Source: Piedraia hortae CBS 480.64 (lineage: Eukaryota). Taken from it: 64,000 nt of DNA. Below are positions 63,729 to 64,000 of the stretch, piece after piece (position 1 is the stretch's first letter; each line of letters starts with the position of its first letter). A program made the translations under genes and the position numbers. The notes under the pieces are model-generated. The model searched no databases and was not told the DNA's origin. It saw nothing but the letters and a program-made list of their open reading frames with translations. The stretch lies in contig MU005974.1 of NCBI GenBank assembly GCA_010093745.1, positions 186,001 through 250,000 of the forward strand. Direction: 5' to 3'.

Positions 63729-64000
63729 TCACAAAACAAACCTAAACCCCGTCCCGTAATCCTCCTTTCCCCTCCCCCCCACCCCTTCATCCCTCCCCTC
63801 CAACCTCCCATTCTCCCACCTCAACAACGCCCTCAATCCCACCGCCAGCATGGCGGTCAAAAACAAAAACCCCGCGCAGATCGCATGCCCCTTCACGTAC
63901 CCCGGCCCCTCCAGGTTCGGATACAACCTCTTCCCGAGCAGCGGACCACACTGCCCAACCAAATTCAACACCACGAACCCCACCCCCCTCCTAACATCCC
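63729..64000 (-). CDS. 3' end of an MFS transporter (allantoate permease/ACS family); partial
   Basis: GFVVLNLVGQCGPLLGKRLYP..EGP.YVKGHAICAGF...LRWEN..L...FRFVL*, the typical ACS-family C-terminus. Confidence 0.88.
   Translation of the reverse strand, partial: DVRRGVGFVVLNLVGQCGPLLGKRLYPNLEGPGYVKGHAICAGFLFLTAMLAVGLRALLRWENGRLEGRDEGVGGRGKEDYGTGFRFVL

Overview
This is eukaryotic DNA from a filamentous ascomycete (Pezizomycotina; the proteins look Dothideomycete-like, which is inference). The genes are compact and intron-poor, with 41-76 nt GT..CTRAC..AG introns. Housekeeping genes are glycogen branching enzyme, mitochondrial ClpX, adenylate kinase, Cse1, a Na+/H+ antiporter, a UBL-WLM protease, a MARVEL protein, a peroxisomal acyl-CoA synthetase, Rvb2, the complex I 75 kDa subunit, GMP synthase, endonuclease G and a partial MFS transporter. 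They are separated by gene-poor islands of decayed mobile DNA at about 2.7-6.7, 18.1-25.1, 47.5-55.6 and 57-63.7 kb. The most notable items are: (1) a 4.7-kb cassette (50806-55544) bounded by perfect 565-bp inverted repeats and carrying one intact PD-(D/E)xK-like nuclease/coiled-coil gene; (2) an intact NACHT-WD40 NLR with an unusual N-terminus made of a Cys-containing amphipathic helix and Pro/Ser/Gln tandem repeats; (3) a 1646-aa sacsin-like GHKL ATPase ending in a WLM-like HELAH zincin motif; (4) a hidden inverted MARVEL pseudogene; (5) repeated C-rich-then-G-rich strand-skew blocks that run through coding sequence. All family assignments are by eye from motifs; no database search was run.
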